A stretch of 64,000 nt of DNA from an uncultured Armatimonadia bacterium (GTDB lineage Bacteria; Armatimonadota; Zipacnadia; CAVVLO01): positions 256,001 to 320,000 of the forward strand of contig CAVVLO010000002.1 of the NCBI GenBank assembly GCA_963749155.1. Reading direction: 5' to 3'. The translations under genes were made by a program, and so were the position numbers. The notes under the pieces were generated by a model. The model was not told where the DNA came from and made no database searches. It worked only from the letters and a program-made list of their open reading frames with translations. Of this stretch, positions 52,430-62,592 are shown one piece after another; position 1 is the stretch's first letter, and every line of letters begins with the position of its first letter.

Positions 52430-55055
52430 ATGTCCGGAAAACTTTCGCTTGCAGGAGTCTGGGGCCTGACCTGGGCCGAAGGCTCGCCTTTTATCAACTC
52501 CGGTTATTATGCGACCCCGCGTTTTGAGTGCGGCAAGCTGCTGGAAGCTGAAGTGCCAGCGCCCGTCCACAAGGTCTTAGAGCGTCACGGCCTGCTCGAA
52601 GATGCAAACTTTGGCTTGAATAGTCTGCGCGCGCGCTGGGTCGAAGAGATGTTCTGGGTTTACCGGCGTACTTTCGAGGCTCCCGCGGAGGCTGCAAGCC
52701 AGCCGGCGTCGCTCTGTTTCGGCCGGCTGGAATTCGAGGCGGATGTCTGGCTGAACGGTGAGCTTGTTGGCCATCACGAGAACGCCCACCGGCCCGCCGA
52801 GTTCGACGTTACAGGCAAAGTGAAGGCCGGGGAGAACCTGATTGTGGTGCGAGTTTCAACCGGGATGCATTCAGTTGCCGACAAGTCAGCTCTCGAATAC
52901 GGCACCGATGACATCTCTCGCCTGACGAAACGCCATTGGCATCGGCATCCGCAGTATCAGCATGGCTGGGACTGGAATGCCCGCCTGGTAAATGTGGGCA
53001 TCCTCGGCGAGGTGGCGCTCGAGTGGGGCGCTGCGCCCAGACTGCGCGAAGTGTCCGTCTACGCCCAGCCAAACGCTGACTATTCCAAGGCGACCTTCCA
53101 TGCACGGGCCAGCCTGATGAACTCCGATGCGGAAGCCAAGAAAGTCACTATGAAGGCGCGCCTGGTGGAGACAGGGCAAGAAGTTTCTCTCGACATTGAA
53201 GCCACGCCTGGCGAGTCGCGCCACGAGCTGAAGCTCGAGCTCTCTTCGCCGAAGCTGTGGTGGCCAATCGGGCACGGAGAGCAGGCGCTTTATACCGTCG
53301 AGGTGTCGGCTGAGGCCGCAGGTGAAGTCCAGCAAGTGGCCCGCCGGACGGGCGTGCGGAAGATCGATGTGGATCAGTCGGCCCATCCAGTCGAGGGGCA
53401 ATACTTCACCCTCAAGGTGAACGACCGGCCCATCTTCTGCAAGGGCGGCAACTGGGTCCCGCCCGATATGCTTTATACGTCCGTCGAACCGGAGCGCTAC
53501 CAGCGGCTGGTCGACCTCGCGGTAGAAGCCAACTTCACGATGCTGCGCGTCTGGGGCGGCGGGCTCTTCCTCGATGAGGGCGTCTGCAGTGCCTGCGATG
53601 AGGCGGGCCTGCTGATCTGGCATGACCTGCTGTTCGCCTGCAGCAAGTATCCGGGTGACGATCCTGCCTTTGTCCTCGAAGTCCGCCGCGAGGTTACGCA
53701 CAACCTGCGCGAGCTCGCTCACCACCCTTCAATGGCAGTCTGGTGCGGCAATAACGAGATCGAGTGGGGCGACTGGGGCTGGGGCTACGATAACTGGAAG
53801 TCCACCCATCCCCACTATGCGATGTTCCACCGCGACTTGCCCGCTATCGCTCAAGACGAAGCACCGCATGTGTTTTACTGGAGAAGCTCGCCTTATTCGC
53901 CGAATTTCGAATATCCCAACGACCCCACCGTGGGCGACCAGCACCCCTGGACTGTAACGCTCCAGACGCCTGGTGGTTCAGAGTGGTGGGATTATCGCAA
54001 GTTTGTGGATCGCTTCCCCAATGAGGGCGGCGTGCTGGGCAGTTCGCCCATCACCACGTTGAAGCAGTTCCTCCCCGAGGCCGAGCGCAGTCTCTACAGT
54101 CCGAGCTGGGTGCATCACGACAACCCGCTACGCGACGATGGACAGCGTCCCAGGCGCGCCGGGCCATGCTTATCAGACGGTCACCCTGTGGACTGGCCGC
54201 GATCCACGCGATATGACAATCGAGGATTATGCTTTCACCAGCGGGCTCTTGCAGGCCGACGGGCTGCGCGAGTATATCTCAAACTTCCGCAGGCGGATGT
54301 TCAGCAGCGCCTCGGCCATCTTCTGGATGTACAATGACTCCTGGCCCGTGACCAACGGGTGGACGATCGTGGACTATTACCTGAGGAAGAAGCTCGCTTT
54401 CCATCCTGTGCAGAAGGCTTTCCAGCCTGTGACTGTGGTGGTAGCCGAGGAGAGCGAGGGCGTGAAGGTCTTCGGTGTGAATGATTCGCCAGAGGACTGG
54501 TTCGGCGACCTGCAGTATGGTTTCTTCACGCTGGAGGGGGAGCTACTGATCCAGGGAGAGCTAAACGCGAAGCTCCCGGCCCTCTCCTCGACCGTACTTG
54601 GCGAACTGTCTCGCGCCGAGTGGGAGGAGCTAGGCACATCTCGTAGCGGGGCCTTCGCCGTGCTGATGGACGAGGGGCGCATCGTGGCGCAGCACCGGCT
54701 GTTCGTCGAGCGGTTCAAAGACCTGGAGTTCTCCGAGCCGCAGGTTACGGTCATCTACGCCGGCGGCGTTGCGACCTTCAGCTCGCCGCATTTCGTCTGG
54801 GGCGTGTGCCTCGATGACACGGGCGAGCTTGCGGTGCCTGATAACTGCTTCGATCTGCTGCCAGGCATCCCGTATACACTCGACTGGCCCGCGGAGCTCG
54901 GTGAGCCGACCATCGTGGCAATCGGGAGCCGAGATGCGGTGAAGCTGGCACTAGTGCGACCAACTGGTGGGGGTGCGGGGGCACTGCCCCCGCGCCTTCC
55001 CATAACTCGCGTTCTTAGTCAGTCCTGGATACTGGCGGCCGCCTCATTGAGATAG
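52430..55055 (+). CDS. GH2 beta-mannosidase-like glycoside hydrolase (frameshift near 54130; exact 3' end uncertain)
   Basis: GWDW, LWWPIGHGEQALY, IFCKGGNWVP, MLRVWGGG, WCGNNE and FWMYNDSWP motifs; AGGAGG RBS. Confidence 0.88.
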
Positions 55056-57553
55056 CCTCTCAGCAGTTTCAGCTCTCGTTTCTGCGTCTCTGTGGCAAAG
55101 CCATCGCACCCGTAGTCCGACCAGAGGATGCCTGGCGCGCCACCTTCTTCATAAGTGGCCTTCCACCAGGGATAAGCCGCCATCAGGCAGTGGATCATCA
55201 TCCCCTTGCGCGGCTCCTCCAGGTTATAAACAGACTGATAATCTCGGCCATAATAATCATTCAAGACGATGTCACGCATATGATCGAACTGAGGCAGGAA
55301 AAGTGGCACCACACCCGCCTTGACCATCTCGCGCATCCCCTGGCGCCACTCGGTCTCGGTATAGGGCAGCGTCGTATAGTCATTATAGAAGTGCAGCACG
55401 TCGGCCTGCTTCACTACCTCGAAGACCATCGCATTGCGGCGCTGCGAGTAGTACACATGCCGCCAGTGAGAGTTGTCTCCATCGGGTTTGCCTTCGCAGA
55501 CCAGGTTGGCGCCTTCGGTCCGGACAGACAGCTCGCCCCCTGGGAGGAACTGCTGGATCAGGCTGTTGGCCTTTCGCAGGATATCCATCCGGAGTTCGGT
55601 GCGGAAGACATCCCAGTCCTCGGTAGCTTTGCTCCAGTCGTGGAAGGGGTGCTCAGGCTTGTTGTAGACTGGCCCGTGATGCAGCACCTCGAAGTTTTCA
55701 TCACCCTGATTGGCCTCCGGATCAATCGCCTCGAAGCTCTCGTAATCGCTGCCCCAGGCCTGATTAACGGCTTTCAACGTGCCATACTTTACTTGAAGCC
55801 AGTCCCGGAAGCGTTCCTTGGCCAGGGGCCCGAGGTAGTAGCGCACATTGATGTCATCGCGCATCCAGCCCCAGGTGTCTTCCATCTCGATGGGCACCCG
55901 ACCGGTCTTCGAGCGGAACCAGAGATCGCCCCACCTGGCCCAGTTGTATTCTGTCCAGGCGGCGATTACCTCGGGCACAGCCGGATCGCCCATATCCACC
56001 GATGGAGCGCCTGCATTATAGCCAGGCTCGGTCAGTGAAGGCTTAACCTGGCGCCCCAGCACCGGCTCGGCATTGGTGTACCAGGAAAGGCCCGAGGGTG
56101 GATAGACGCTCCACCCCAGCACCTTCATATCAAGCTTGCGCATCAGGACATCGTAGAAATACTTGTAGCAGGCGCTGTGCAACTCGACGCCCTTGCGACC
56201 TGTCACTTCCGGCACCCACCAGTTGCCCGCAGTGCTGGAGATAAGGTTCACGCCCAGCGCCTTCAGCTCGGCGAGTTCCCGGTACAGATGGTCTTCGGGA
56301 TACGGCCCAAGCTGGATGCCGGTGCGCATCCCGGGCATTGCCATGGCCAGGATTGCCGGCTCCTCGAAGCCGTCTTCGCGCCTGACTACCATCTCGTTGT
56401 TCGGATTTGGCTTGATGCGGAGCGTCTCATCAGAGACCTTCACCGGTATCTTGGCAACCATGAGCTTCTTGGGATTCTCGGTCATCAGCTTCAACACAAC
56501 GCGCTTTGTCCAGGGTGCGACCTGAAGATAGAGAGTGGCTTCGATGGTCTGCTTGCGGGTTGCTGGCTGGTGGATGACGAAACTGGTCATAAACTCTTCG
56601 AACCGCTCGAGGAAGCCCGGCCACTGGGCGTTCTGGGGTGTCTGAAGGAAGGTTAGCTCGGGCTCCTCCTGACCGCCCTGGGGGGTCACGGTCAGCGGCA
56701 TGGTCAGTTTGGTGAAGTCCACACCGGCCCAGATATTCACCCACCAGTTGAACTCCTTGTAGTAGCGGCAGGCCATCCGGAAATCTATCTGATACCGCCC
56801 AGGCTTAAGCCCCCGTACATACTCGGCGCCGAGTCTCGGGCAGTAGAAATTAACCCATTGCTCGACTGACTCGCCCGGGTACAGATACTCGAGTTGCCGC
56901 TCGAAGGCGTTGAGCGAGTTGGCGACCCACTCGACTTCGCCGGCCTCGCTATACCGAGTAAGGGTCGGGATGGCCATACTCCCGCCAAACCCGTCAGGAT
57001 CGAGGATCGTGTCTCCCGTGTTGGTTATACGGAACTTGAACCACAGCGCGTTGGCTGGCTGGATAACTGCCGACCGGACGAAGGGCTGCCTGTCAAAAGG
57101 CGGGAAGGGGCTGGTCGGCCCCTCGGGATCGGGGCCAAGTGGCACGTATTTCGACTCGTTATAGTCCGCGCCCAGACTGCCCAGATACTCGATCGAGACG
57201 CTGGCCGTGCCCGGAAGCGCCAGGTCAAAGAACGCTGTCTCTTTGGCTTTGAGGTCATGTTCGAAAGCTACCGCTTCGACCGCGAGCCGGCTTGTCCCAG
57301 CGGGTCTGGTCAACTTGTAGTGGACAGGTATGACATCATAAGCTCGCGCAAGCTCTGGCAAGGTGTACTCCAGAGTGGCTTCATCCAGCTTCAAGACACC
57401 GGTTTGCACACTCGCCTGTTCATATCGAACAAGCTGGCCAGACTTGCGAGCCGCATCAGACAGTGCAGTGTAGCTGACCTGAGGTTGTGAGGTTTGGGAC
57501 AGTGCCGGTCGTAATGCCAGAAGGAGCAAACTCGCGATTAGCAGACCACGCAT
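55019..57553 (-). CDS. Secreted hypothetical GH42-like protein
   Basis: Signal peptide; FRDWLQVKYGTLKAVNQAWGSDYESFEAI and DWDVFR motifs. Confidence 0.6.
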   Translation of the reverse strand: MRGLLIASLLLLALRPALSQTSQPQVSYTALSDAARKSGQLVRYEQASVQTGVLKLDEATLEYTLPELARAYDVIPVHYKLTRPAGTSRLAVEAVAFEHDLKAKETAFFDLALPGTASVSIEYLGSLGADYNESKYVPLGPDPEGPTSPFPPFDRQPFVRSAVIQPANALWFKFRITNTGDTILDPDGFGGSMAIPTLTRYSEAGEVEWVANSLNAFERQLEYLYPGESVEQWVNFYCPRLGAEYVRGLKPGRYQIDFRMACRYYKEFNWWVNIWAGVDFTKLTMPLTVTPQGGQEEPELTFLQTPQNAQWPGFLERFEEFMTSFVIHQPATRKQTIEATLYLQVAPWTKRVVLKLMTENPKKLMVAKIPVKVSDETLRIKPNPNNEMVVRREDGFEEPAILAMAMPGMRTGIQLGPYPEDHLYRELAELKALGVNLISSTAGNWWVPEVTGRKGVELHSACYKYFYDVLMRKLDMKVLGWSVYPPSGLSWYTNAEPVLGRQVKPSLTEPGYNAGAPSVDMGDPAVPEVIAAWTEYNWARWGDLWFRSKTGRVPIEMEDTWGWMRDDINVRYYLGPLAKERFRDWLQVKYGTLKAVNQAWGSDYESFEAIDPEANQGDENFEVLHHGPVYNKPEHPFHDWSKATEDWDVFRTELRMDILRKANSLIQQFLPGGELSVRTEGANLVCEGKPDGDNSHWRHVYYSQRRNAMVFEVVKQADVLHFYNDYTTLPYTETEWRQGMREMVKAGVVPLFLPQFDHMRDIVLNDYYGRDYQSVYNLEEPRKGMMIHCLMAAYPWWKATYEEGGAPGILWSDYGCDGFATETQKRELKLLRGYLNEAAASIQD

Positions 57554-57748
57554 CTCATCCGCCTCCAAAGCGCGTCAGTCAGGCGCTGGCCCTTAGCTTC
57601 TCTGGCCTCTCGGATTTCCCTGCGTAAAAGCCAGGCGCGCTTGGGGCTGGTAAGAGCTTTGATTCCGGGCTTCCGGCATGGAGCGTAGCTCGGGGTACTT
57701 CCAGAAGGTGCGATATTGAGCGCCATATAAAATATATCCTAAGGGGGA

Positions 57749-57776
57749 TTGCCAATATACAATTTTCACTTATAAT
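57749..57776 (+). promoter_or_regulatory. sigma70 promoter of DUF1559 gene 1
   Basis: TTGCCA-16 nt-TATAAT. Confidence 0.6.
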
Positions 57777-57855
57777 GAATTTAGGATGTCACAGGATGAA
57801 TCACCGCCATATGCTCTACAGAGCAAACACTATGTGCCCGGGGGGTTCCAAAACT

Positions 57856-58575
57856 GTGAAGAAGCAAGGTTTCACCCTCATCGAGTTGCTGGTCGTAATA
57901 GCCATCATTGCGATTCTGGCAGCTATCCTGTTCCCAGTCTTTGCGCGCGCCAGGGAGAAAGCCAGGCAATCCGCCTGCCTTTCCAACTGCAAGCAGCTAG
58001 GCCTTGCGGTAATGCAATATGTCCAGGATTATGACGGCTCTTTCCCTGACCATGCCTCACTAGGGGTCCACGTCTATACGGAGGGGTATCTGGGTGGTGT
58101 CCACATAAATGACTACGCCATCCGTATCTGGACCGATCCCACACAAACTACCGTAGGCGGTATGGCCAAGGTCCTGGGGCCGTATGTCAAGAACCAGCAG
58201 ATGTTCGTCTGTCCCTCCGATCCGAAGGTGGATCGCTGGATCAGTGGTAGAGAACGCGGGTCCTACTATATGCGCCATGCCATAGACGCTTATGCCTTCA
58301 GTGTGCGTATGCCCGCAAACGAATCAGTTGTCAAGCGGCCATCGCAATTGATGCTTAGCGTCGAGGAAGCCTGGCACTGGGGCGGTGCCGAGCCCTGGTG
58401 CTGGACTACCAACAACATTGGCTCAAACAAGGATATCAACGCCGTGTTCTTTGATGGCCATGCCAAAGTATCCAAAACCTACTGGGATGCCGGCAACCAG
58501 CACATCCCTTACTATGATACCAACTGGTTCTACAACAACCATGGCTGGTATTTCCTGAACGATCCTTACGATTAA
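57856..58575 (+). CDS. Prepilin-type N-methylation / DUF1559 protein, copy 1
   Basis: [47 protein letters not shown] and FFDGHAK; GTG start. Confidence 0.92.
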   Translation: MKKQGFTLIELLVVIAIIAILAAILFPVFARAREKARQSACLSNCKQLGLAVMQYVQDYDGSFPDHASLGVHVYTEGYLGGVHINDYAIRIWTDPTQTTVGGMAKVLGPYVKNQQMFVCPSDPKVDRWISGRERGSYYMRHAIDAYAFSVRMPANESVVKRPSQLMLSVEEAWHWGGAEPWCWTTNNIGSNKDINAVFFDGHAKVSKTYWDAGNQHIPYYDTNWFYNNHGWYFLNDPYD

Positions 58576-58612
58576 TCCTAACCTGTATCGCATGCAATAC
58601 CTGTGACGTCGC

Positions 58613-58647
58613 AGCCCTCGGCTCCTCGGAGTCGAGGGCTCTTCTTT
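58613..58647 (+). terminator. Terminator after copy 1
   Basis: AGCCCTCGGCTCC / GGAGTCGAGGGCT hairpin followed by CTTCTTT. Confidence 0.7.
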
Positions 58648-58718
58648 ACTGCCACAACCCTCGTCCCCAGGGCCTTTGTTCGATATGAACATAAGGTAAA
58701 AAAAATCCTAAGAGGGTC

Positions 58719-58746
58719 TTGTCAATATTTCGTATTTCGTTATAAT
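58719..58746 (+). promoter_or_regulatory. sigma70 promoter of DUF1559 gene 2
   Basis: TTGTCA-16 nt-TATAAT, homologous to the copy 1 promoter. Confidence 0.6.
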
Positions 58747-58840
58747 ACATATAGGACATTGCGGAGCTTCACTCGCTCGGAGTCTCACCGCCTTATGCTC
58801 AATGGAGCAATCACAATAAGTTCGGGGGGGTCCCACCACT

Positions 58841-59557
58841 GTGAAGAAGCAAGGTTTTACCCTTATCGAGCTGCTGGTTGTAATCGCCATCATCGCGATT
58901 CTGGCAGCTATCCTGTTCCCGGTCTTCGCGCGCGCGCGTGAGAAGGCTCGTCAGTCAGCGTGTCTTTCCAACTGCAAGCAGCTTGGTCTTGCCGTAATGC
59001 AGTATGTCCAGGACTATGATGGTTGCTACCCAGACTCAAGCGCCGCTGGCCTGCTCTACTCCAACGGCTACCAGGGCGCAGCCCACATCAACGACTGGGC
59101 TATCCGCATCTGGTCAGATGGTACTCAGACCACCGCAGCCGGTATGGCCAGGACTCTTGGGCCCTACATCAAGAACCAGCAGATGTTCGTCTGCCCGTCC
59201 GATCCAAAGGTCGACCGCTGGATCGCTGGCAACCAGCGTGGCTCCTACTATATGCGCCACGCCAACGATGGCTACGCCTTCTCTGTGGGTATGCCCATCG
59301 CCGAGTCAGTCGTAAAGCGTCCCTCCCAGTTGATTATGGCCCTGGAAGAGGCCTGGCACTGGGGCGGCGCCGAACCCTGGTTCTGGACCTGGACTAACAC
59401 TGGCCCATCCAAGGACGCCAATGGCGTGTTCTTCGATGGCCACGCCAAAGTCACCAAGTGCCCGTTCACCAGCGGCCTGGGCGTGCAGCCCTATGACGCC
59501 AACTGGTTCTACAATGGCCATCACTGGTACTTCCTCAACGATCCATGGGATATGTAG
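58841..59557 (+). CDS. Prepilin-type / DUF1559 protein, copy 2
   Basis: Same motifs as copy 1. Confidence 0.92.
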   Translation: MKKQGFTLIELLVVIAIIAILAAILFPVFARAREKARQSACLSNCKQLGLAVMQYVQDYDGCYPDSSAAGLLYSNGYQGAAHINDWAIRIWSDGTQTTAAGMARTLGPYIKNQQMFVCPSDPKVDRWIAGNQRGSYYMRHANDGYAFSVGMPIAESVVKRPSQLIMALEEAWHWGGAEPWFWTWTNTGPSKDANGVFFDGHAKVTKCPFTSGLGVQPYDANWFYNGHHWYFLNDPWDM

Positions 59558-59596
59558 TTTCGTAGTGTGAACCGCCAAGCCTCACCGCAACGTCCT

Positions 59597-59631
59597 CGCC
59601 CTCGGCTCTCAGGAGCCGAGGGTGTTTTTTT
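59597..59631 (+). terminator. Terminator after copy 2
   Basis: CGCCCTCGGCTC-TCAG-GAGCCGAGGGTG followed by T7. Confidence 0.85.
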
Positions 59632-59854
59632 GCCTGCCTGCGCCTGACACAGCAAGCCAGGTCAGCTCTCCCCCTCGGCAGCGTATTTTACATCGCAGTT
59701 GTGAAAATATATATGAAAGTTATATGAAAATCCGGGTTTTGGCCCAAAACCGACTTACAATAGCAAATGGGGACGTTACCCAGGCTGCGCTTATATTGTG
59801 AAGTCCAGATTCAGGCTCTGTAGAGCCAACCTATTATGCAGGAGGTTTCAGGTT

Positions 59855-60574
59855 ATGAAGAGGCATGGTTTTACTCTCATCGAGCTGCTGGTTGTTATCG
59901 CCATCATTGCGATTCTGGCAGCCATCCTGTTCCCTGTTTTCGCACGGGCTCGTGAAAAGGCCAGGCAGTCCGCCTGTCTTTCCAACTGCAAGCAACTGGG
60001 ACTGGCAGTAATGCAATATATCCAGGACTACGATGGCTGCTATCCCGACGCCTCGAGCGTAGGCTTCTTGTACAGCGGAGGCTACGTTGGCGGACCTTTC
60101 ATAGAGAACTACGCCGTCCGCATCTGGTCCGACGCCACTCAGACTGTTTCGGCTGGCATGGGCAAGACGCTTGGGCCATACATCAAGAACCAGCAGATGT
60201 TCCTGTGCCCCTCTGACCCGAAGGTAGATCGGTGGATCGCCGGCAACCAGCGTGGTTCCTACTATATGCGCCATGCAATCGACGCCTATGCTTTCACCTA
60301 TCAGTACCCAGTTAACGAAGCTGTCATCAAGCGACCGGCTCAATTGATGATTGCTGTTGAAGAAGCCTGGCATTGGGGCGGTGCTGAACCCTGGTGCTGG
60401 ACGACCAATAATGTCGGGCCTGACAAGGACATCAATGCTGTGTTCTTCGATGGCCATGCCAAGGTAAGCAAGACTTACTGGACCACGACAGGCACAGCTG
60501 TACCCTACTACGACACCAACTGGTTCTACAATGGCGACAACTGGAACTTCCTGAACGACCCCTGGGATATCTAG
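59855..60574 (+). CDS. Prepilin-type / DUF1559 protein, copy 3
   Basis: [21 protein letters not shown]. Confidence 0.92.
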   Translation: MKRHGFTLIELLVVIAIIAILAAILFPVFARAREKARQSACLSNCKQLGLAVMQYIQDYDGCYPDASSVGFLYSGGYVGGPFIENYAVRIWSDATQTVSAGMGKTLGPYIKNQQMFLCPSDPKVDRWIAGNQRGSYYMRHAIDAYAFTYQYPVNEAVIKRPAQLMIAVEEAWHWGGAEPWCWTTNNVGPDKDINAVFFDGHAKVSKTYWTTTGTAVPYYDTNWFYNGDNWNFLNDPWDI

Positions 60575-60610
60575 TTAGCCACTAGTCAAAGAGCGTGGCC
60601 AGGACGTCCT

Positions 60611-60643
60611 CACCCCCGGCTCTCCGGAGTCGGGGGTGGTTTT
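60611..60643 (+). terminator. Terminator after copy 3
   Basis: CACCCCCGGCTC-TCCG-GAGTCGGGGGTG followed by GTTTT. Confidence 0.8.
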
Positions 60644-60861
60644 CCTCGAATTATTTTGGTGAATCCGAGCGAATTTCTCAATAAGCAAGTAGGAACTCCC
60701 ATATTAGGGTATAATTAAACATCCGAACGGCAGGCAGTCAGGACGGGCAGCGCCGTCAAAAGCCACACGAAGGCTGGCACTTTTTGATGTTATGCAAGGC
60801 GCTGACTTCCTGGGTAGCCTGCCGCGGTTATTGTATACCTGATTACTAGGGAGGACCCATC

Positions 60862-61581
60862 TTGTCACGCAAGCAAGGCTTCACACTTATCGAGTTGCTC
60901 GTCGTTATCGCCATCATTGCGATTCTGGCAGCAATCCTTTTCCCGGTCTTCGCGCGCGCTCGCGAGAAGGCCCGCCAGTCCGCTTGCCTTTCCAACTGCA
61001 AGCAGCTTGGTCTTGCCGTAATGCAGTATGTGCAGGATTACGACGGGATGTACCCCGACTCAAGCAGCACCGGGTTGAACTACGCCAGTGGTTATCTTGG
61101 CGGAACCCACATCAACGATTATGCCATCCGCATTTGGTCGGATGACAGCCAGACCAACGTGGCCGGTATGGCCAAGACCCTCGGGCCCTACGTCAAAAAC
61201 CAGCAGATGTTCGTCTGCCCTTCGGACCCGAAAGTAGATCGCTGGATCGGCGGCAAGCAGCGTGGTTCTTACTATATGCGTCACGCGCTCGATGCTTACG
61301 CCTTCAGCTTCCAGCACTCACTGAACGAAGCCGCCCTGAAGCGCCCCTCCCAGCTGATCCTGGCTGGCGAGGAAGCCTGGCACTGGGGTGGCAGTTCTCC
61401 GTGGTTCTGGGACACAGCCGATGCTGGCTCGCCCAAGGACTTCAACGGGCTGTATATGGATGGTCATGCCAAAGTCAGCAAGCAGCCTTACATCACCCCA
61501 CTGGGCACTGCCAGCTACGACTTCAACTGGGTATTCCAGGGTCACCAGTGGCAGTATGAGTGGGACATCTACGACATGTAA
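60862..61581 (+). CDS. Prepilin-type / DUF1559 protein, copy 4
   Basis: TTG start, GGGAGG RBS; YMDGHAK. Confidence 0.92.
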   Translation: MSRKQGFTLIELLVVIAIIAILAAILFPVFARAREKARQSACLSNCKQLGLAVMQYVQDYDGMYPDSSSTGLNYASGYLGGTHINDYAIRIWSDDSQTNVAGMAKTLGPYVKNQQMFVCPSDPKVDRWIGGKQRGSYYMRHALDAYAFSFQHSLNEAALKRPSQLILAGEEAWHWGGSSPWFWDTADAGSPKDFNGLYMDGHAKVSKQPYITPLGTASYDFNWVFQGHQWQYEWDIYDM

Positions 61582-61607
61582 GTTGGCAAGCCAGCCAGCC
61601 TTCAATC

Positions 61608-61640
61608 AGAAACCCCCGGCCTTGGTCGGGGGTTTTCTCT
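61608..61640 (+). terminator. Terminator after copy 4
   Basis: AAACCCCCGGCC-TT-GGTCGGGGGTTT followed by TCTCT. Confidence 0.8.
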
Positions 61641-61837
61641 TGGATGAACAGACCCAAAATTCCAGAATTTTGCCTCTTGTGCAGGAAAAGGCCAAAAAGG
61701 GTACAATAATACTGGAGAGAGGGAGATGGCTTCCTTACAGATCAGTGGGTGCCCGCTGGATTTGTGTCATCTAGAAAGCTGTCTTGGGGAGTTCATATCT
61801 CGCCTCTACCTAATCGATTACTGGGGGTAATCAATTA

Positions 61838-62566
61838 ATGCGCACCAGGAAGCAAGGTTTCACCCTTATTGAGCTGCTTGTCGTTATCGCTATCATTGCG
61901 ATCTTGGCAGCCATCCTGTTCCCGGTCTTCGCGCGCGCTCGCGAGAAGGCCCGTCAGTCCGCCTGCTTGTCCAACTGCAAGCAGCTGGGCTTGCCGTTAT
62001 GCAGTACGTCCAGGATTATGACGGCTGCTATCCCGACGCCTCGAGCGTGGGCTACTTGTACAGCGGTGGCTATATCGGCGGCCCCTTCATCACCGAGTAC
62101 AGCGTCCGCATCTGGGCCGACGCCACACAGACCACACCGGCTGGTATGGCCAAGGTTCTTGGGCCCTATGTAAAGAACCAGCAGATCTTCGTCTGCCCTT
62201 CCGATCCCAAGGTCGAGCGTTGGATCCCGGGCAACCATCAGAGGTTCCTATTACATGCGTCACGCCATCGACGGTTATGCCTTCTCGATTCGGTATGCCA
62301 GTTGCCGAGTCCGTAATCAAGCGCCCTTCGCAGCTCGTGATTTCGCTTGAGGAAGCCTGGCACTGGGGCGGCGCCGAGCCCTGGCTCTGGAGCGGCAACA
62401 ACATCGGCCCGAAGGACTGTAATGCTTGCTACTTCGATGGTCACGCCAAAGTCATGAAGTTCCCCTTCTCGGGTAGCTCGGGCGTAACCAACTACGACGC
62501 CAACTGGTTCCTGCAGCGTACCATGGTTGGGACTTCAACGCCGATCCGACCGACGACCCGTTCTAG
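61838..62566 (+). CDS. Prepilin-type / DUF1559 protein, copy 5 (about four frameshifts)
   Basis: ORFs 61838.., 61999.. and 62220.. reassemble into a full paralog ending [14 protein letters not shown]. Confidence 0.8.
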
Positions 62567-62592
62567 CCACTCTGAATTACAGCGGGCATAAG

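Noticed and set aside
57856..62566. Diversity-generating retroelement acting on the DUF1559 genes
   Set aside because: No reverse transcriptase or template repeat in the window; differences are not adenine-specific and include many synonymous changes
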